DNA of 64,000 bases from the NCBI RefSeq assembly GCF_009914755.1, contig NC_060925.1. One strand, 5' to 3'. This DNA is from the human T2T-CHM13v2.0 reference genome, Homo sapiens. Position numbers and translations under genes: made by a program. Of the stretch, positions 43,450 to 64,000 are shown in pieces (positions within the stretch are counted from its first letter, which is position 1; each line of letters opens with the position of its first letter). The notes below the pieces were generated by a model. The model was given only the letters and a program-made list of their open reading frames with translations, did no database searches and was not told the origin of the DNA.

Positions 43450-43570
43450 GGAAGTGGTGGAATACATGGTCCAGCATTTCAAGCCTCAGATCTTTGGTGA
43501 TCGCAAGCCTGTGTATGATGGAAAGAAGAACATTTACACTGTCACAGCACTGCCCATTGGCAACGAACGG
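43450..43570 (+). CDS. AGO1: AGO1 exon 3 ([13 protein letters not shown]...PIGNER)
   Basis: cacag|G ... CGG|gtaagg; 121 nt. Confidence 0.97.
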
Positions 43571-43989
43571 GTAAGGTTGGGAGTCAGGCTAGGCCTGTGT
43601 CAGGGGTCTGGGGTAGAACCAAGCTCATGTAAGCCTCTTTGGAGATCCAGAGATCCTTTTCATCTTTTGTGCTGAGAAAGTATGTTTTAGGGTGAGGGGT
43701 GGGTAGGTGCTGATGTTTATTTAGTCTATCATGTGCCTGTCCGTGTCCTAAACAGATTGAGATTAGACTTAAAATAGACCTAAGGGCTTCCTGCTAGGCT
43801 GAGAGGTAGTTGAGAGGAACAGAAGCACTGAGCCAAGGTGGCTAGAACCTAAGGGGCTAGACTTACTCTGGATTTTCATTATGAGCCCCTATCAACTTGA
43901 AAAACATGTTCTCAGCAAATCCATGGAGTTGGGGGTCATTCTCGCAGAGCAATGGCAATCCTTCATCCCTTTCTTTCACCCTCCTGAAG

Positions 43990-44171
43990 GTCGACTTTGA
44001 GGTGACAATCCCTGGGGAAGGGAAGGATCGAATCTTTAAGGTCTCCATCAAGTGGCTAGCCATTGTGAGCTGGCGAATGCTGCATGAGGCCCTGGTCAGC
44101 GGCCAGATCCCTGTTCCCTTGGAGTCTGTGCAAGCCCTGGATGTGGCCATGAGGCACCTGGCATCCATGAG
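43990..44171 (+). CDS. AGO1: AGO1 exon 4 ([13 protein letters not shown]...RHLASMR)
   Basis: gaag|G ... AG|gtattg; 182 nt. Confidence 0.96.
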
Positions 44172-44441
44172 GTATTGGGTGTAGTTAGTATCTGGGCTAC
44201 TAGTGTTGGCAGAACTGCTGTCAGGGGAGGAGGGGGAGCACATATTAAGGTCCCACAGAGTGCCATTAAAAAAAAAAATTATTTGAAGCCCTACCACTTG
44301 CCAGGCAAATGTGTATTTATATTTAGATGGTTTAAAGCCCTGGCCCTGAACTTCTTAGATATCTTTGGGCCTCATCCCATCTGTCCCTGCAGGGCAGAGA
44401 GAAGGTAGAAACTTGTACAAGGTCAGTCATACAACTAGTAA

Positions 44442-44798
<357 letters not shown>

Positions 44799-44929
44799 TA
44801 ATTCCTACAGCCCTGGCACCCCCTTCCCCCATCCCAATGCCCTTTAAGGAAGAGGGTATAAATTGCTGTGCCTCCATGTATTGTGGAAGACAGAACCTGA
44901 GCTGAGCTATCTTTACCCTGTCCCCACAG

Positions 44930-45064
44930 TCTCAGCCACTGCCTTTTATAAGGCACAGCCAGTGATTGAGTTCATGTGTGAGGTGCTGGACATCAGGAAC
45001 ATAGATGAGCAGCCCAAGCCCCTCACGGACTCTCAGCGCGTTCGCTTCACCAAGGAGATCAAGG
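44930..45064 (+). CDS. AGO1: AGO1 exon 6, PAZ start ([15 protein letters not shown]...FTKEIK)
   Basis: cacag|T ... G|gtgagg; 135 nt. Confidence 0.97.
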
Positions 45065-45113
45065 GTGAGGACCCAACAGGAGGGGAAGGGAAACAGCGCC
45101 ACTTTAGCCCTAA

Positions 45114-45296
<183 letters not shown>

Positions 45297-45985
45297 TAAG
45301 TTGGCAGGGGTGCTGAGTCATACTTTGTTGGTGGAGAAGGGCTGAGATTTAAAACTATCTTTCCCTCCCTCCCTCCCCCACTGGCCTTGAGAATGAGCCT
45401 TGGGGACTGGCCCTGTTTTTGAAGATAAGCTGTGGGAATTTGGCATCCTTTCTCAACCTTCTCTGATCTGTTGATACTCTCCCTACCATTTTTACCTTCT
45501 TGATCTCCTCGCCTCTTTGGTTCCTTACTTGAGAACAAGTGTGTTCTCTGATTCCTGTTAGGGTTAGGCAAATGTTAGAATCTCTCTCAAATTATTCTTT
45601 CTCTTGAAAAAAGAAAGCGAGGCTCCTGGGCTCCTTGGGGAAGCTGTCATTGATTCCATTCCCATTCTTGACCTTAGGCTATACTGATTATTATGAGTGT
45701 CTACTCTGTGTCAGGCTTTATGCTCAACATTGGAAATAAATGAGTCAGATAGTGTCCTGACTTCTGACTTTTGTGGAACTTGCCTTTCAAACCTTTGGCT
45801 TCTCTCTTGGAGCCCTGTATGTCCTGTTTTCCCATGAGTGGCAATGCTCAAAGAAGTTGGATAGGATGAAGCAAAGTCTGGGACTTCCTTCCTGCACATC
45901 ATATTGGGGCCAAATGAAAAAGGAAAAAATCTGAGGCTTCCATGGTTGTGGGTCTAGAGAAGTGGGACTGAATGCTGGGTTATGA

Positions 45986-46291
<306 letters not shown>

Positions 46292-46789
46292 TGAAATAGA
46301 GGCCTCATTCTTACCTGCTAAGTTGTTTCCTTATCCCCCATCCTACTCTCATGTTCTTTCAGGGCTGCCAGGCAGAGACAAGCTGAATTTACTGTTTAAT
46401 AAGTAATTAGTTCGTAGAGGACAGAGATTTTAGATACCCACACTCATGTTCTCTTAATTTCTCTTCCCCTGTTGTTTAGAGCTGGGATCCTAAGTGACCT
46501 GAAGATATAAGTCTACCTTATTCTTCACAAACTGGTGATAAATACTACCTATAATGTAAATCATGTTTCTCCAAGGATTAATGTGTTCCTTTTGAAAAAG
46601 TTTTAGCCCCAAGATTGTCATACTTTTATAAGTCAGTAGACCTTTGGAATTCTGCAACTAGAGGAGGAATAGTAACTAACACTAAGTTATAGAATACAAA
46701 TACAGAATCACTGGGCTATATTTTGTTTGGTATATACTAGCCAAAATATTGAATGAGAAACTACTGCCTACTGCTTCATTGTCTCGTCC

Positions 46790-52163
<5,374 letters not shown>

Positions 52164-52366
52164 TGAATCGCCTTTTACAATGCACACGAATATTTTCTAA
52201 TTTACCTATCAAATGATACTCAGGAGGAGAATACATGTATGCACAACGGATTTTGCAGTTCCCTTCCCCATGGCTGACAGCCAAGGTATCTTTCCTTATT
52301 GTGGGGCTCTGGGTACAGGGTGGACTGTACTCAAGCCAGAGCTACCTGTCCTTCTTGTTTCCTCAG

Positions 52367-52486
52367 GTCTGTAACATTGTGGCTGGGCAGCGCTGTATTA
52401 AAAAGCTGACCGACAACCAGACCTCGACCATGATAAAGGCCACAGCTAGATCCGCTCCAGACAGACAGGAGGAGATCAGTCGCCTG
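52367..52486 (+). CDS. AGO1: AGO1 exon 9, linker L2 ([40 protein letters not shown])
   Basis: ctcag|G ... CTG|gtcagt; 120 nt. Confidence 0.97.
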
Positions 52487-52840
52487 GTCAGTGGGCCTAC
52501 TCATTTGCTCAGTCATTGGGGCCATTGGTAGCATAAATGTTTTAATGCCCCAGCAGGACCTTCCTTCAGGAGAACCCAAGTCTAGATTTGTTGCCTAGGA
52601 CTGTATAAGGCTGCTTTTGCTTCTTGACCGTATAGCTACTTTGCTTTCTGTCTCTTTTTCTCTCCTGTATTACTTTGCTGTGTTATTCCCTCACTTCCCT
52701 CATCTTCCACTTTCTCTCTCTTTTTAGGACTATTCCGTACCAACCCCAGCTTCTCCTTAGGGTTCTCTCCTTGATACCCAGAGGGTGAGCAGTATTGCCA
52801 AGCTCCTGTTCTCCTGAGATTGCTCTCTTTTGTCCTGCAG

Positions 52841-52963
52841 ATGAAGAATGCCAGCTACAACTTAGATCCCTACATCCAGGAATTTGGGATCAAAGTGAAG
52901 GATGACATGACGGAGGTGACAGGGCGAGTGCTGCCGGCGCCCATCTTGCAGTACGGCGGCCGG
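52841..52963 (+). CDS. AGO1: AGO1 exon 10 ([11 protein letters not shown]...ILQYGGR)
   Basis: tgcag|A ... CGG|gtgagc; 123 nt. Confidence 0.97.
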
Positions 52964-53096
52964 GTGAGCAGGGTCAGGGCCAGACAACATCTCGGGGCAT
53001 ATGGGGGTGGTTGGGTTGTATAGCCAGGGGCTTTTGCTCCCCTACCCACCTGACTCTACTGAGGCTCACCTGGGCGCCCCCTCTACCTATCCCCAG

Positions 53097-53230
53097 AACC
53101 GGGCCATTGCCACACCCAATCAGGGTGTCTGGGACATGCGGGGGAAACAGTTCTACAATGGGATTGAGATCAAAGTCTGGGCCATCGCCTGCTTCGCACC
53201 CCAAAAACAGTGTCGAGAAGAGGTGCTCAA
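53097..53230 (+). CDS. AGO1: AGO1 exon 11, MID start ([19 protein letters not shown]...EEVLK)
   Basis: cccag|A ... AA|gtaagg; 134 nt. Confidence 0.97.
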
Positions 53231-53892
53231 GTAAGGAGGGTTCGCTGTAGGGGTGGAAGGGTGGGAAGGACCCTGGAGCTGCCTGCCTTCCTGTAGTCCA
53301 CAGGGGCTGATATTGATCAGTAATGTGTTCTGTCTTGACTCTGCCTGCATTGTGCTTTCTGGCTCAAACTTCTACCAATTCTTTTTCTATCCATCTGTGA
53401 TCAGGGGAAGTTAATAAGGAGCCATATCTATGTCAAAGATGATGATTTTAGGGCATGAATCTCCTGAGAGAGGCCTGAATTATTGTTATAATTATTATCA
53501 TTGGTAATAAATAGTAGTAGTGATGACTGTAATGTTTACGCCAAAATTATACTTAAGTACCTAATTTATATTCTCTTATTTCATCTTTACAGTGAGTAGG
53601 TGGTGATATGTCCATTTTCAGGAGACTGAGGCTCAAAAGAGGTTAAGTAACTTGTCCAAAGTTTGCACATCATCAGGAAAGTGTCAGAGTTGGAAGCAAA
53701 TCAGATCTGAGCTTCAAGACTTGTGTTCCTAATTGGAAACAAAATAGAGCAGCTTGTTTAGCTGGTTGTCAGGGCCTCTGTGCCACCGTAGCTGGGAGTA
53801 GATGGCACCAATGAGGAAAGTGTTATAGCCAAATGGTTTAAAGAAACCAGGCAGTAATGGCTTAAGAAGTCAACAACCCCTCACCTGGAGTC

Positions 53893-57720
<3,828 letters not shown>

Positions 57721-57827
57721 AATCTCTCAGTGCCTCTTATAGTGCTAAGCACCTAAGATGGATGGATTTTTGTCAGAAGAATTCAAGTGAGACTCACTGC
57801 CTCCTTTGTGACCATGCGTGTGTACAG

Positions 57828-58012
57828 GAACTTCACAGACCAGCTGCGGAAGATTTCCAAGGATGCGGGGATGCCTATCCAGGGTCAACCTTGTTTCTGC
57901 AAATATGCACAGGGGGCAGACAGCGTGGAGCCTATGTTCCGGCATCTCAAGAACACCTACTCAGGGCTGCAGCTCATTATTGTCATCCTGCCAGGGAAGA
58001 CGCCGGTGTATG
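57828..58012 (+). CDS. AGO1: AGO1 exon 12, MID ([17 protein letters not shown]...ILPGKTPVY)
   Basis: tacag|G ... G|gtacag; 185 nt; cumulative CDS 1582 nt (527 codons + 1 nt); gene continues beyond the window. Confidence 0.96.
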
Positions 58013-58725
58013 GTACAGTTCTCTTGGGACAGTGATAATGGTGATAGGACTCTTCTCAGCGTAGTTCCCTGGGGTCTCCTGGGAAGGACTCAGTCTGGAT
58101 TCTTGGCTTTGACCAGAGCTGTTACTTAATGTCAGTGCTCCTCTTATAGGAGAAATAGCATGCCTGAGCCATTGAGTTATCCCAGATCCTAATTACCTGC
58201 ACACACTCCTTCCCAGCAACATTTACTGGGGTCCTTTGTGTGCTGGTCCTCATGCCAGGCTATGCTGGGCCAGGTACAGAGACGGGTTGGTCTAGATTCC
58301 TGTCCTTAGGAGTGCGTTCCTGTCCTCAGGAGTGCATTGTTTATCTGAACATCGTGCAGCACAACCAAGCAGAATAGGTGGTCCTGTTAGTATCGTGTTG
58401 CCTGGTAATTACTTGGACTTTTTGAGAGGCTTGCTATCTCTCCTCTTTTCCTCTCATTTTTTAGAATAAGAATGATTATATAAATTTCTGTCACAGCACT
58501 TTTCTTTTATGCCATTTTCCGTCTCCATCTCTCCTGCTTCAAAGCAATAAGAGTTTTTCTTACCTTGTTCAACTAACTCCTCTGTGCTCTTATTCCCAAC
58601 CCATCCTGCTACCTTTGGGACTTTATACCTTTCAACCCTCAAATATATTCAGATCCCCCATCCTAATGCACATTACCACAATCTTACCATCTCTTTTAGC
58701 TTTTGTCTTCCTATTTCCTTCATTA

Positions 58726-64000
<5,275 letters not shown>

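Overview
Human (primate) genomic DNA, very Alu-rich, from the Argonaute cluster (AGO4-AGO1-AGO3; 1p34.3 from prior knowledge). On the + strand it holds the last three coding exons and the ~4.3 kb 3'UTR of AGO4 (stop 4499-4501, poly(A) signal 8762-8767). A small upstream CpG/ETS/CCAAT/E-box promoter with a non-coding exon lies at ~20.5-20.8 kb, the main AGO1 CpG-island promoter at ~33.8-35.0 kb, and AGO1 coding exons 1-12 at 34315-58012; the gene continues past the window. The intergenic and intronic space contains a decayed antisense CFAP97 processed pseudogene, a truncated Tigger1, MLT1/L1/L2/MIR/MER remnants and dozens of Alus. Nearly all ORF-track entries other than the AGO exons and Tigger1 pieces are repeat-derived or chance ORFs. 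No prokaryote-type system (e.g. CRISPR) is present. Most notable unexplained structures: (1) a perfect 43-bp inverted repeat (shRNA-like hairpin) in AGO1 intron 12; (2) a 40-bp inverted-repeat cassette enclosing an 84-bp copy of the AGO4 3'UTR; (3) a tailless, TSD-flanked retrocopy of a tRNA-Thr(CGT) 5' half; (4) a weak GC donor followed at once by an in-frame stop and AATAAA in the last AGO4 intron; (5) a 116-codon overlapping uORF starting 5 nt before the AGO1 AUG; (6) a 52-codon open frame after the AGO4 stop. Repeat family names and boundaries are by eye and approximate.
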